Source of the DNA: Octopus sinensis
Taxonomy: Eukaryota
Direction: 5' to 3'
Length of the DNA stretch: 64,000 nt
NCBI RefSeq assembly: GCF_006345805.1
Contig: NC_043004.1
Coordinates: forward strand, 98,394,001 to 98,458,000
Part shown: positions 26,233 to 39,000 of the stretch, piece by piece
Layout of the letters: each line of letters begins with the position of its first letter
Numbering within the stretch: the first letter of the stretch is position 1
Notes under the pieces: generated by a model
The model's database searches: none
Seen by the model: the letters and a program-made list of their open reading frames with translations, nothing else
Told to the model about the DNA's origin: nothing
Program-made: the position numbers and the translations under genes

Positions 26233-28560
26233 ATGGTGTCGGTTGCAATAGGTGAATGGTGCTACAGGGATCTTTCGTTTTGTTTGTTGCATTCTGTTGT
26301 CGTTACTTATTATTACCATTATTGTTGCTGATGCTGTTACCCCCTCCTAAACGAAGAACACAAAATAATATCGTTAGGCTTGGCATCGATACCAGAAAAG
26401 AATTGGATTCCTACAATAATGTCACATATAAAGGATACCCTCACCGCCACTCGTTATTTCATTCTCTCTCTCTCTCTCTCTCTTTCCGCTGAAGACTTTC
26501 AAATAACCTTTACTCGTCCTTCGATCGAATCTTGGTCTTGTACGGCTTTGCGTCATCACCAACCAATCAACCCTAACCCCATCACCTTTGTCGATTCCAA
26601 CACAGTGTCCTCTTTTCAAACTCTACCCCTACCTCCCGCGAGGCCAAACTGATAAAAGGGAATTTATGGTCTTTGATAACAACAAAATGAATCAAATGAG
26701 GTCCGTGTGTTATATTGCAGGGATGTATGGAGTTGAGAGGGAGGGGTTAGAGACGAAGGGAGTGGAGAAAGATATCTGTTCTATATAAGATGACAAATAA
26801 AACAACGACAACAACAAAACGAGGAACAGAAGTGGGTGAGGGGACATGATGGTGAAAGCTAAGACAATTTCGTAAACCTGATTATCTGAAATGCAACTTA
26901 TTTGGAATATCAGTTCCCCAGTTCTGCAGGCTTTCTTTCATTGCCAATATTCATTGGTCGGTCGAAAATACCAAGAGAATAGAAGGTAGTTTAGTGCTAA
27001 ACAAAGACCCCCTGGGTTATGTAAAAGCAAATTTGTCAATGTTATCGTATTCTTTTATTCGGATTTCGTGGCAGACCATGACTTTTTAGACACGCTATAC
27101 ATACATAGAAGTATGAATAAGCGCATGCACACGCACGCGCACACTCACACACATAAGCGCATATAGTTTTCATATTCATATACAAGTGAATGCGTGTGGC
27201 TGTCAGTGTCTGTGGTTCTGTCTGTGTATGCATAAAGTTCATCTAGATATATGTTTGAAATATATTGTGCATATATATCACACACTTGCATTCACACATA
27301 CCCACATATACACATGCTTACACACACACACACACATATACGATGATGTATACGTATGTGCGTGGGTGCTGGCATATATTTAGCTAATTTATTTCATTAT
27401 TTCATGTGGTGACGATGATGGGGTCGATGAGTGGTAATAGACAATATACCGTAGAATTTTGAGTTGGATGCTTGACAATAGACAGTGCGCTTTTCAGTTG
27501 ATGGAAAAGGCAGTCAATGCAATTCATTTTAGCATTCAAATAAAATTTATCTAGACTACATAGTTTTAATGTGTCCCTCCATTCTGACTTCAGTAGAATG
27601 TGTTCTGAAGAAAATTTTATTTTGTTGATATTTATAACAATTCATGTGTTGTCTCGTGTAGCTTAAAAGTTCCGACTTACTTTCATAGAAACACCTGTAC
27701 AGGCTCCATATTTTCTTACTGCAATGAACAATATTGTATATGTTCACTGATGCGTGGTCTATGATATTTGAGAGCGTATTTTCCAGGCTATCAATGCAAC
27801 ACTGAGCTACTGTTGAGGCCTCAACCGTAACACTCCGGTCTCTTGTTAAACACCCTTTTTATTCATCTGCAGATGTATAAATCGCAACTTAAAGTAACAT
27901 CCATTCGTAAAATCCTATGATGTCAAACAACTAAGCTATTAAAGGCAGGGTCGTCATTTCAAACATCATTAGTTCTATATAGACAATCAGTGACGGGTCA
28001 TATTTGTATCTTCATCAAGATCATCGGGCCTTGTAATGTATTTTCAACAAATAACCAATTTTTTCCATCAATTACGTACCTCAGACATCCCACTACATTT
28101 AGCTTGTGATATCATTTGCTTTGCTTCCACAGTTGCTTCTGTTCCCTCTAGCTGTGCCTCAACCTCGATGAACTTTACTTCTTTTGCATACTTGTTTGTT
28201 ACATTTGATAATGAGTAATGTTTCTTTATACTGTTATACTTGCATACAAGTTCAAGCATCGAAGTCATTAGAATTTTTAAACAGGTGTGTAATCTTATCG
28301 TTGTTGTCTTAGGACAGTTGCAGTTCCACCAGTATATGCTCTCCATTCCTTCGGGGGGGGGCATATAGCCTGTCTATATCTACCGCTTGGTGATGCATGC
28401 AGTACATTGAGAGAAACGAGCGAAGATTTGTATAAAATTTACTCTCATTCATTTATTTATAAGTCGTTCTAGTATTCAGTCACTTTTGCAAAAGGCTTTG
28501 GATCATCCATGAAAAGAAGGGGATTCACTGGACAGTCTGTATACATTCTGTATACAGAAT

Positions 28561-28583
28561 TATCATCATCATCATCATCATCC

Positions 28584-28662
<79 letters not shown>
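28561..28662. repeat. (CAT)n microsatellite
   Basis: Visible. It may be the tail of a decayed minus-strand LINE at ~28690-28990, which I could not confirm. Confidence 0.95.
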
Positions 28663-29607
28663 TAACTCTATAATTATTCTTGATTCTATATGTGTGAAGA
28701 GTTGTGCGGGAAAGAAGAGAAAGGTGCTAAGGGGAAAAGTGTGTAATTCTGGAACTGGTGGTGAGGAAATACAGGTTGGAAAATGTGGGGGAAAGGATTT
28801 AAATTAAAATGCTGTAAGTTTTTCATAAAGAAGGTACGCTTCTGTTTTCTCTGCTATTGACAGGTGGGAGAACCAGACAGGTGGGAGGCCAAACCGAGGG
28901 TTAGAAGGTGTTAGGTGAAGTGTTCAGCGGAGCAGAAACGTGGAATGACAGATGAGTCGAAGCCATCTCAGATATCTCTGAGGTACACGTAAGATACCCG
29001 ATGTAAATCGAATCATAAAGGTGACAGCGAACACGTAAAACAAAGAAGCAACTTTAAAAATCTTTCTTGGGAAATGCGCCCTTCTTGGGTCAGAAGTGGT
29101 TTACTTTCTCTCTCTACGTGGACTGGAGGCGTCTCAACTGTGCAAACCTATTCTTACATGGAAATTACTGCTCACGCATCCATCTCTCACGCATTCCCGG
29201 TATTTTTCATATCAGTTCTATTCCGGATGTTCTTCATGTCGCCAAGAATTTTATTTAGTACATTAATATATTATTTTGTTACACAAACACAAATATTGTT
29301 ATCTGTGAAACAAAAAAAAGGTTTCCTCTTATCTGCATCTTCCCTGATCATTCGTTCGTTTCTTTCTCACACAATGAAGGCAGAACAAAGACTGATGGTG
29401 GAATTGTCTTAAAAGAGAATGTAAAACGCCTTCTTATTAATTATATACACACATTAACACACAGGATATACATATTTTTTAACAAATATATATGCACGAA
29501 CATATATACATGCATAGATACAAACACACACTTATAGATGCAGATATACAAGCATGCATGCAAAAATACATATATACATATATACATACTTTCAAACATA
29601 TACATAC

Positions 29608-29681
<74 letters not shown>

Positions 29682-30809
29682 CGTACGTACAAATGTACAA
29701 ACATATATACATACACACTCACACACTTACATACATACATACATTGTTGCCCTAAATATCAATAAAGCCTTCTATCATGTCAGATATGCAAATCTTTTCT
29801 CATACTTGTAGCCTACGGAACCCACATATCTTTCATTATCTCTAGGATCATTAGCTTCCAATCAGAGCGCACTATCGTGGACGACAGACATCTTCCATGA
29901 CAGACATCTTCCTACAAATAAAAATGAACTCTGATGTTTTCCGCGATTCAACTTTTTACCCCCATGCTTTTTCTTTTTATGCATGAATGACATAGTTGTC
30001 TCTAACTGTGGACCCTTCATTCTTCGCTAACTTTTCCAATCAAATATTAAGCACACACAACTACACGCTATACTTGTGTTGATTCCATAAACAGCAGACT
30101 TTAGAGCATCCTCCAACGGGAGTACGTCACTCTCTCTCTCGCAATTACAAAAGATCCTATCAAGAGAATACTATCGCGCTATACACGGAAAAAATATACG
30201 AATGAAACATAGCTGGAGCCCTAACAGTCGCTCTAAGGGCGAGGTGTTACTGTCATAGAAGATTATTCCTTGTAAAATCAGATCATCAGGATAGCTAGGA
30301 CCTAAAGACTAGCCCTTCTCTTCGGTGTCAAGATATATATTAGGCTTCAATCGCTACTGACACTCTTCAAAGCCCGAATGAGGTACACAATACGGAATTG
30401 CTCTAGATACTGGAACAATGCTACTACTACGCATACAGAGATTCTACTTAGAGAAATGCCACTCGATCGATTAGCACTCAATTACTAAGATACAATCCAT
30501 CCTTTAGCCCAAAGAGTCATGCTATCTTCCCTTTGTCTTCCATGATGAAAAGGAAGGTAACTCTATCCGGATTACTCATTCCGGGGTGAGTAAGGAATTT
30601 ATGTGTCTTTGGGACTTAAAGCTGTTCTTATTGTTGGCGTAGTTTATAGTGACATTTGGTATGTGGTTAGTGTTAATGGTATTATCATGTGGATGTCTGT
30701 TATTTAGCGTTCCCGTTCCGACGAACTGGAACGTGAAACTCAGAGTAACAGGTTTTGTTGAATTTTCTACTCTTTTTTCCACCTTCTTTCACATTTATGT
30801 GTTTACTCC

Positions 30810-30873
<64 letters not shown>

Positions 30874-31339
30874 TGCATATTAGTATGTAGATGGTGTTTG
30901 TTTAGATTGCGACTTACATAGCCATTTATTGTTCTGGCAAATTGCAGCGAATTCATACTAAAATATTGCAGAGTATGAAACGATTATAAAACTGTAACAC
31001 ATATTGTGAACACATACACACATAAATGTATATTCATATGTGCGTACGTGTATGTGTATGTGCTTGTATGTGTGTGTGTATGCCTGCATGCGTGTGTGTA
31101 TGTGTGTGCAAAAACGTGTTCTAATTTTATTATTTTCTCGTGCTTTTTTCCCAATATTTTTGTATCGGCTCCTTGCAAATTTTTGGGAATAGTAAATTCT
31201 CTAAATCCATCATTGAACTTTTATCGTAGACTCGTCTTTAAGATGAAGAACTGTTGCATACATTCCTACAACTTTATTGTAGGCTATGCCAACGTAATTG
31301 ATGTTTGCAATATTACTAGACTTTGAACTTTTGACATTT

Positions 31340-32200
31340 GATTTATACGTCATTAGGCAGGTGCTTGTTTCTATTTGAGACTACTCTGCGTTATCTCTGT
31401 GCTTAATTTAGTTTAATGCTGCGTTGGAAGCGTTGATTCTATCATCAATCATCCATTTTTGTGGGCAATTCTGTCGAGTATAGATGTGTTATCTACTCAC
31501 GTTTACTTTGTTTTATTTTGTGTGATATGGTATCATGCTTTACAATTGCACCATGTAAATGAATGGTGAGCTAGCGCGATTGTCATACTTGTATGGCCAG
31601 TATAACCACTTCAGTCATGAAATTTACTGCTTTAACATTTGTAATTGAATTTATAAATGAAACACTGTAATCATTAATAGCTTGTTCAATGTTTTATAAC
31701 ATTTTGTGTTGTGTTTTAATTGTAGTCATTTTCAAATATACTATCAGTATTAGTTAATGATCAGGTATAATAAATTTCATATTCTATTTTATGTAGTTTT
31801 AATTATGCGATCATCTATTCCATAGTTAGTGTGCTTTTAAGTCATATAATACATTTTATGTGTGGCTTGTGTATTATTTAATAGGGCGCTATTTCCTACA
31901 TTTACGTTGTTTTTTAACTGTATTGTTTTATAGATTTGTCTATAATTTTTTTTTTTCAGAATAGCTATTTTTGATTAGAGTTTTGTTTCTTTCATGATTT
32001 TTCACCTAGTGCTACGTTTCTCAAGGAGAATCTAAATCTTTTCTTACTAAGGATTTTTTTCATAAATATTTTGTGTTAGTATGTGCATTCGCTATCTTCA
32101 AGGAAGTAAATGTATGAATTTATATATTTTGTAAAAGCAGGCAACGTGCGTCCGTTATTTTCTATCTTGTTCTTTACGTCCCAAACTGGAGTTATTGTAT
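31340..32200 (-). mobile_element. Degenerate Penelope-like element (RT thumb and GIY-YIG region)
   Basis: Minus-strand fragments NSYSEKKIIDKSIK (cf. NGYP..IID..I), GYTGHTSMT (cf. YIGHTT.TL) and VDNTSIL. Heavily decayed; boundaries approximate. Confidence 0.55.
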
Positions 32201-32267
32201 TCCCAAGAGTTTTACTGTTATTTTTGCTTCAAATCTCTATATTAAACAATAAAAATAAATATATATA

Positions 32268-32417
32268 GGCGTAGCAGAGGCTGTGTGGCAAGTAGCTTGC
32301 TTACCAACCACATGGTACCGGGTTCAGTCCCACTAAGTGGCACCTTGGGCAAGTGAGTGGATTTGGTAGACGGAAATTGAAAGACGCCCGTCGTATATAT
32401 GTATATATATGTATATA

Positions 32418-32456
<39 letters not shown>

Positions 32457-32680
32457 GTTTGTGTTTGTGCGTCTGTGTTTGGGACCCCCAACATCGCTTG
32501 ACAACCGATGCTGGTGTGTTTACGTCCCCGTAACTTAGCGGTTCAGCAAAAGAGACGATAGAATATGTACTAGGCTTACAAAGAATAAGTCCTGGGGTCG
32601 ATTTGCTCGACTAAAGGCGGTGCTCCAGCATGGCCACAGTCAAATGACTGAAACAAGTAAAAGAGTAAAGAGTAAAAGAG
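32268..32680 (+). mobile_element. SINE family B
   Basis: Full length, with a ~35-bp deletion after GGGCAAGTG. Confidence 0.9.
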
Positions 32681-33118
32681 TAATTGGATAACACAGTCGT
32701 GAATAACCTTTAAATTAGTGGGGGTTACAACCACCAGGTTACGGACTAGGGCCAGGCTACGGATCATTTGGTACAGAGCCGCACAGAAAGAATAAACTTT
32801 CAAAATTTCTTTCTTTTTATTGGCTATCGCAAACTACTGAGTGTATTTTCGCATTGTATATGGATTGTAAGTGCTACATACACATGTATAACATATGTAA
32901 TGAGTAAATTACATATGATACAATTTTGTGCGCTTTGTTATGCACGTGATTGTTCCATTCATGAAAAAATTGCCTACCATGAAACCAGTCTGATGTGCAA
33001 GAAAATATTGGGGACCGCTACTTCAAATGGTGGAATGGTAATAGCTAAGTTATGTTTGATTACAGGTCTGATAGTAGACCCGTAACTAACCAACAATAAC
33101 AACCATAATAATAACAGT

Positions 33119-33533
33119 TACAGGAGTGGTTGTGTGGTAATCAGCTTGCTTACCAACCACATGGTTCCGGGTTCAGTCCCACTGCGTGGCACCTTGGCCA
33201 AGTGTCTTCTACTATAGCCTCGGGCTAACCAAAGCCTTGGGAGTGGATTTGGTAGACGGAAACTGAAAGGAGTCTGTCGTATATATGCATATATATATAT
33301 GTATGTTTGTGTGTGTATGTGTTTGTGTATCTGTTTTTGTTCCCCTAACATCGCTTGACGACCGATGCTGGTGTGTTTATGTCCTCGTCACTTAGCGGTT
33401 CGGCAAAAGAGACCGATAGAATAAGTACTAGGTTTACAAAGAATAAGTCCTGGGGTCGATTTGCTCGACTAAAGGCGGTGCTCCAGCATGGCCGCAGTCA
33501 AATGACTGAAACAAATAAAAGAGTAAAAGAGTA
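33119..33533 (+). mobile_element. SINE family B (first bases of head missing)
   Basis: Matches the family; carries diagnostic variants GGTTGTGTGGTAATCAGC and TTGGCCAAG. Confidence 0.9.
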
Positions 33534-33881
33534 ATGGGAGACGCTCTACTTCTTAGCATTCTTCTAGAAATAAAGTCTGACCATCTGAAAAGAGCATACG
33601 TTGGATAATGTAGTTCCCAGCGATCTAGAACAGTATAACGAGTTGGTCAAGGTTAGAACGTCATTGTCCATAGGTCTATTTCGATCCGGACAGACCTGGT
33701 TTTAAACAACAACAACAACCACAACAGCGACATTTATAACAGCTACGACAGCAATCATTATGACAGCAAATCAGTTACAGCTAACAACGGCAACATTTAT
33801 AACAATAACCGCCACAACAACAACAACAGCTATGACAACAGAACAATAACAACAACAACAACAACACTTGTTTTTTTTTGT

Positions 33882-34446
33882 AAGCACTCCGTCGGTTACG
33901 ACGACGAGGGTTCCGGTTGATCCGAATCAACGGAACAGCCTGCTCGTGAAATTAACGTGTAAGTGGCTGAGCACTCCACAGACACGTGTACCCTTAACGT
34001 AGTTCTCGGGGATATTCAGCATGACACAGAGAGTGACAAGGCCGGCCCTTTGAAATACAGGCACAACAGAAACAGGAAGTAAGAGTGAGAGAAAGTTGTG
34101 GTGAAAGAGTACAGCAGGGATCACCACGATCTCCTGCCGGAGCCTCGTGGAGCTTTTAGCTGTTTTCGCTCACAACGCCCGGTCTAGGAATCGAAACCGC
34201 GATCCTATGACCGGTTGGCCTGAGGCTATAGTAGAAGACACTTGGCCAAGGTGCCACGCAGTGGGACTGAACCCGGAACCATGTGGTTGGTAAGCAAGCT
34301 GATTACCACACAACCACTCCTGTAACTGTGTTGTTATTATGGTTGTTATTGTTGGTTAGGTACGGGTCTACTATCAGACCTGTAATCAAACCGCGATCCT
34401 ATGACCGCGAGTCCGCTGCCCTAACCACTGGGCCATTGCGCCTTCA
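33882..34446 (-). mobile_element. tRNA-derived SINE family C, interrupted by an inverted duplication
   Basis: Sense head GGCGCAATGGCCCAGTGGTTAGGGCAGCGGACTCGCGGTC..GGTTTCGATTCC; tail GTCGTAACCGACGGAGTGC followed by an A-run; insert at 34214-34387. Confidence 0.85.
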
Positions 34447-35053
34447 CACAACACTTTTAACAATCTGAGCAACGAAGAGAGTAAAAATAAATCAACAACA
34501 ACAGCAACACTTAGAACAACAATAGTAGCAACAAAACTAAATTTCTTTCACACTTTTCTTTGTCGTTCTTATTGAAAATGCATCACTTTTATTTCTTCCC
34601 ATTAAAACCTCAATTTAATAGACAAACAGCACTCAGTCTGTTTGGCTTAATTCAAGATCCAGACGCAAATAATAACTTAATCACACACACAGACAGAAAC
34701 ACACACAGACAGAAACACACACACGCGCGTACACACACAGACACGCGCATACATACAAACATATATACGCATACACAGACATAAACAGCGCACGAGTTGA
34801 ATTATAACTCGCTCATGTCACTTTTCATAAAAATATATTAACATTTTGTAAAAGACTTTTGTCTTTGTTGTATTTTTCGAGATATATTTATGTTATATGT
34901 ATGTGTGTCTGTGCGCGCACACACGGGCACACTCACACACACACGCACATACACACAGAATTATTGTACGTTGTACATCGTATCAATCTTTCTATCTTTT
35001 TATCAATTTTTATACAGGCACAAACAAATATATTTCCATGCATGCGTATTTGA

Positions 35054-35077
35054 CATACACATACATACATACATACA

Positions 35078-35109
<32 letters not shown>

Positions 35110-36150
35110 CATACATACATACATGCATACATACATACGTACATACATACATACATACATACGTACGTACGTACATACATACATTCATACATACATACAT
35201 ACATACATTCATACATACATGCATACATTCATACATACATGCACACACACACACTTCATACATACATACATACATACATACATACATACATACATACATA
35301 CATACGTACATACATACATACATACATACGTACGTACGTACATACATACATTCATACATACATACATACATACATTCATACATACATGCATACATTCATA
35401 CATACATGCACACACACACACATTCATACATACAACATACATACATACATACATACATACATACATACATACATACATACATACGTACGTACGTACATAC
35501 ATACATCATACATACATACATACAAACATACATACATACATGCATACATACATACATACATACATACATTCATACATACATGCATACATTCATACATACA
35601 TACGCACACACACATTCATACATACATACATACATACATACGTACGTACGTACATACATACATACATGCATACATACATACATACATACGTACGTACATA
35701 CATACATTCATACATACAAACATACATACATACATTCATACATACATGCATACATTCATACATACATACGCACACACACATTCATACATACATACATACA
35801 TACATACATACGTACGTACGTACATACATACGTACGTACATACATACATACATACATGCATACATACATACATACATACGTACGTACGTACATACATACA
35901 TTCATACATACAAACATACATACATACATGCATACATACATACATACATACATGCATACATACATACATACATTCATACATACATACATTCATTCATACA
36001 TACATACATACGTACATACATACATACATATATACGTACGTACACATACATACATACAAACATACATACATACATTCATACATACATACATACATACATA
36101 CATACATACATACATACATACATACATACATACATACATACATACATACA
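35054..36150. repeat. ~1.1-kb (TACA)n array with variant units
   Basis: Visible; the 350-479 aa ORFs here are pure repeat translation. Confidence 0.97.
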
Positions 36151-37004
36151 AGCATATATATATGTGTGTGTGTAACTATGCATGTGCGTGTATGTATGTC
36201 CATGCGTATAATATATATACATATGTACAACTACTTCTATGAGGACGGGATTCGACAGTGTATTTTGTTGCTATTTTATGTCCCATGTTTTCCTGCAATT
36301 TTCAAAATACTTTTTGGCTTCATTGTTATTGTCTGATTTCAATTTAGTTATTTTCTGATAAATTTTATATTTTATCCTTAGGTGTTTTTATTTGTATAAT
36401 TCCGTTTTCTTCACCCACGATGTCTGTTAATTCTTCAACTAAACGTAATCATTGGAGACAACAAATTTCTCTTCTTTTCCTTTTTAATTTTAAATTATCA
36501 TATTTTTTAAAATAATCTATTTGTTTTTCATATTTCAAAAACTTTCTCTCACTTGTTTTCCAACATTATTTGCGCGCGCGCGGTGTTTGTGTGTGTCTAT
36601 GCTTTGTAGATGTGCGTGTATGTATATGATTGTATGTTTGTGTGTGTATTTATGTGGGTTCATCACAAATCAGGTTTATTCTGGATATTTTTAATTTTGT
36701 AAAATTATAGAAAAATACATATATAAGTAACTTGAGTGACAGGATGGTTTGCATTTCAGAAGAGTTTACTGACCACAATATATCCTCGCCTCCTTTGTTT
36801 GCTATTTACTTTAAGCTATCGTTTATATTGCCGAAGAAATGAATTTCCTTGTTATTCTATGATCCTTAAAGGTAAATTAAAACTCAAGTGATTTCTTAAA
36901 GCTTGTGTTATAGCCCAACAGGGAAACTGAACTCAGCACTCATTTAATTACGTAGCAGAATTGCTAAAGGGATCGAAAAAGAAAACATGGAGGGAGTATT
37001 TTGC

Positions 37005-37591
37005 TATTTCCTTACTGTCCACAAAGGGGAGAAACAAGGACAGACAAACGGATAAAGTCGATTATATTGACCCCAGTGCGTAACTGGTACTTAATTTATC
37101 GACCCCGAAAGGATGAAAGGCAAAGTCGACCTCGGCGGAATTTGAACTCAGAACGTAGCGGCCGACGAAATACCTATTTCTTTACAACCCACAACGGGCC
37201 GAACACAGAGAGGACAAACAAGGATAGACAAACGGATTAAGTCGATTATATCGACCCTAGTCCATAACTGGTACTTATTTAATCGACCCCGAAAAGATGA
37301 AAGGCAAAGTCGACCTCGGCGGAATTTGAACTCAGAACGTAGCGGCAGACGAAATACCTATTTCTTTATTACCCACAAGGGGATAAACACAGAGAGGACA
37401 AACAAGGACAGACAAACGGATTAAGTCGATTATACCGATCCCAGTGCGTAACTGGTACTTATTTAATTGACCCCGAAAGGATGAAAGGCAAAGTCGACCT
37501 CGGCGGAATTTGAACTCGGAACGTTGCGGCAGACGAAATACTGCTAAGCATTTCGCCTGGCATGCTAACGATTCTGCCAGCTCGTCGCCTT
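37005..37591 (-). mobile_element. SINE-A trimer bounded by one ~14-bp TSD
   Basis: AGGGAGTATTTTGC (36991-37004) and AGGGAGTATGTTTGC (37592-37606); junctions at 37167-37180 and 37351-37364. Confidence 0.92.
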
Positions 37592-37639
37592 AGGGAGTAT
37601 GTTTGCATGTGAGCCATCGCGCGCACTTGTGTGTGCGCG

Positions 37640-37872
37640 TGCGTGCGTCTCTGTGTTTGTGCCTGCGTCTGTCACTCACCACTTAACAACGCTCTGTTGA
37701 TTTCTTTGCATTCTCGTAACATGGCGGTTCGTCAGAAAGATATCGAGAGAGTAAATATCGGACTTAAAGAAAGAATGTGTACTGGAATTGATTTGATCTA
37801 CTAACCATTTCGAGAGTGCGTCCCAGCATGGCTGCAGTCCAAACATTGACACCAATAAAAGAATAAAAGAGA
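37640..37872 (+). mobile_element. Old SINE-B-like 3' half
   Basis: GGCGGTTCG..AAAGA..CCCAGCATGGCTGCAGTC..AATAAAAGAATAAAAGA. Confidence 0.6.
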
Positions 37873-37952
37873 AATATCACAAAATTTGCTTGTGCCCATT
37901 GCATTTTATTGTTAATTCTTCTATAATACGTTCCATCTCTAATTAGAATCGT

Positions 37953-38180
37953 GGAGATGTGTTACTTAATGGTTAGGGTGTTGGACACATGATCGTGAAA
38001 TTGTGGTTTCGATTTCTAGACCGGCAACGTGTTGTGTTCTTGAGCAAAACACTTCATTTCATGTTGCTCAAATCCACTCAGCTGGCAAAAATTAGTAATC
38101 CTGTGGCAGACCGGCGTCCTGTCCAGGTGGGGAATTTACACGCCTTCAACAGGGAAACAAACCACCATGTGTCTGAATGA
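37953..38180 (+). mobile_element. tRNA-derived SINE family D
   Basis: GGAGATGTGTTACTTAATGGTTAGGGTG..GGTTTCGATTTC followed by GTGTTCTTGAGCAAAACACTT. Confidence 0.7.
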
Positions 38181-38606
38181 CGCGAGAAGGAACTTCACTT
38201 TTATTTTACTAACTGATTTCAAAATAAAGGACAACAAACATCCAAATATAGCAAGGTCATAAAACAAGTAATAACAAGCTAGAATAGCACAAGCACCTGG
38301 TTTATAGGTGTCTTTACTAGACTCCTCTCTTACAAGCATGTAGACATAGTATCAGCTTTTGTATAAATTCCTGACATTATTGGTGAAGACTTAATCTTTT
38401 CTCGTTCATTTGTTTTAGTCATTGGACCCTGCAATACCGGAACAGCACCTTAACGAGTTTATTTTCTTTGTCAAACCAGATACTTCTCTTACCGATCGCT
38501 TTAACTGAACTGCTAATTTACGGGGACATTAACAAAACAAACACCGTTGTCAAGCAAGTATCTATCTATATATCTATTTATCTATCTATCTATATATGTA
38601 TGAGGG

Positions 38607-38898
38607 AGAATCCACTATGTGGACGCTCTTACGCTAGATATAGATCCGCAAATGGACTCAACCACTAAGAATTGTCCTCAAGAAAAATTTTAGCACACTA
38701 AGAACGTAAGCGAGCAGGACAAATGAAAAATAACAAAAATATAGATCTATATTTATGTTATTTTTCATTTTTTATTTTTCATTTGTCCTGCCCGCTTACG
38801 TTCTTAGTGTGCTAAAGTTTTTCTTGAGAACAATTCTTTGTGGTTGAGTCCATTTGCGGATCTATATCAAGCGTAAGAGCGTCCATATAGTGAGTTCT
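38607..38898. repeat. ~290-bp near-perfect palindrome (foldback)
   Basis: Arms of ~140 bp with no spacer, centred on AAATATAGA|TCTATATTT (38745/38746). Confidence 0.92.
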
Positions 38899-39000
38899 AT
38901 TTCCAGACCGCGCTGTGTTCTTGAGCAAAACACTTTATTTCACGTTGCTCCAGTTCCCTCAGCTCTAGAAATGAGTTGTGACGTCACCGGTGCCTTGCCT
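38899..39000 (+). mobile_element. Headless SINE-D fragment
   Basis: GTGTTCTTGAGCAAAACACTTTATTTCACGTTGCTC, as in 38030-38070. Confidence 0.6.

Noticed and set aside
34890-36336. Longest ORFs in the track (350-479 aa, HTYI-rich)
   Set aside because: They are translations of a stop-free (TACA)n microsatellite, not proteins.
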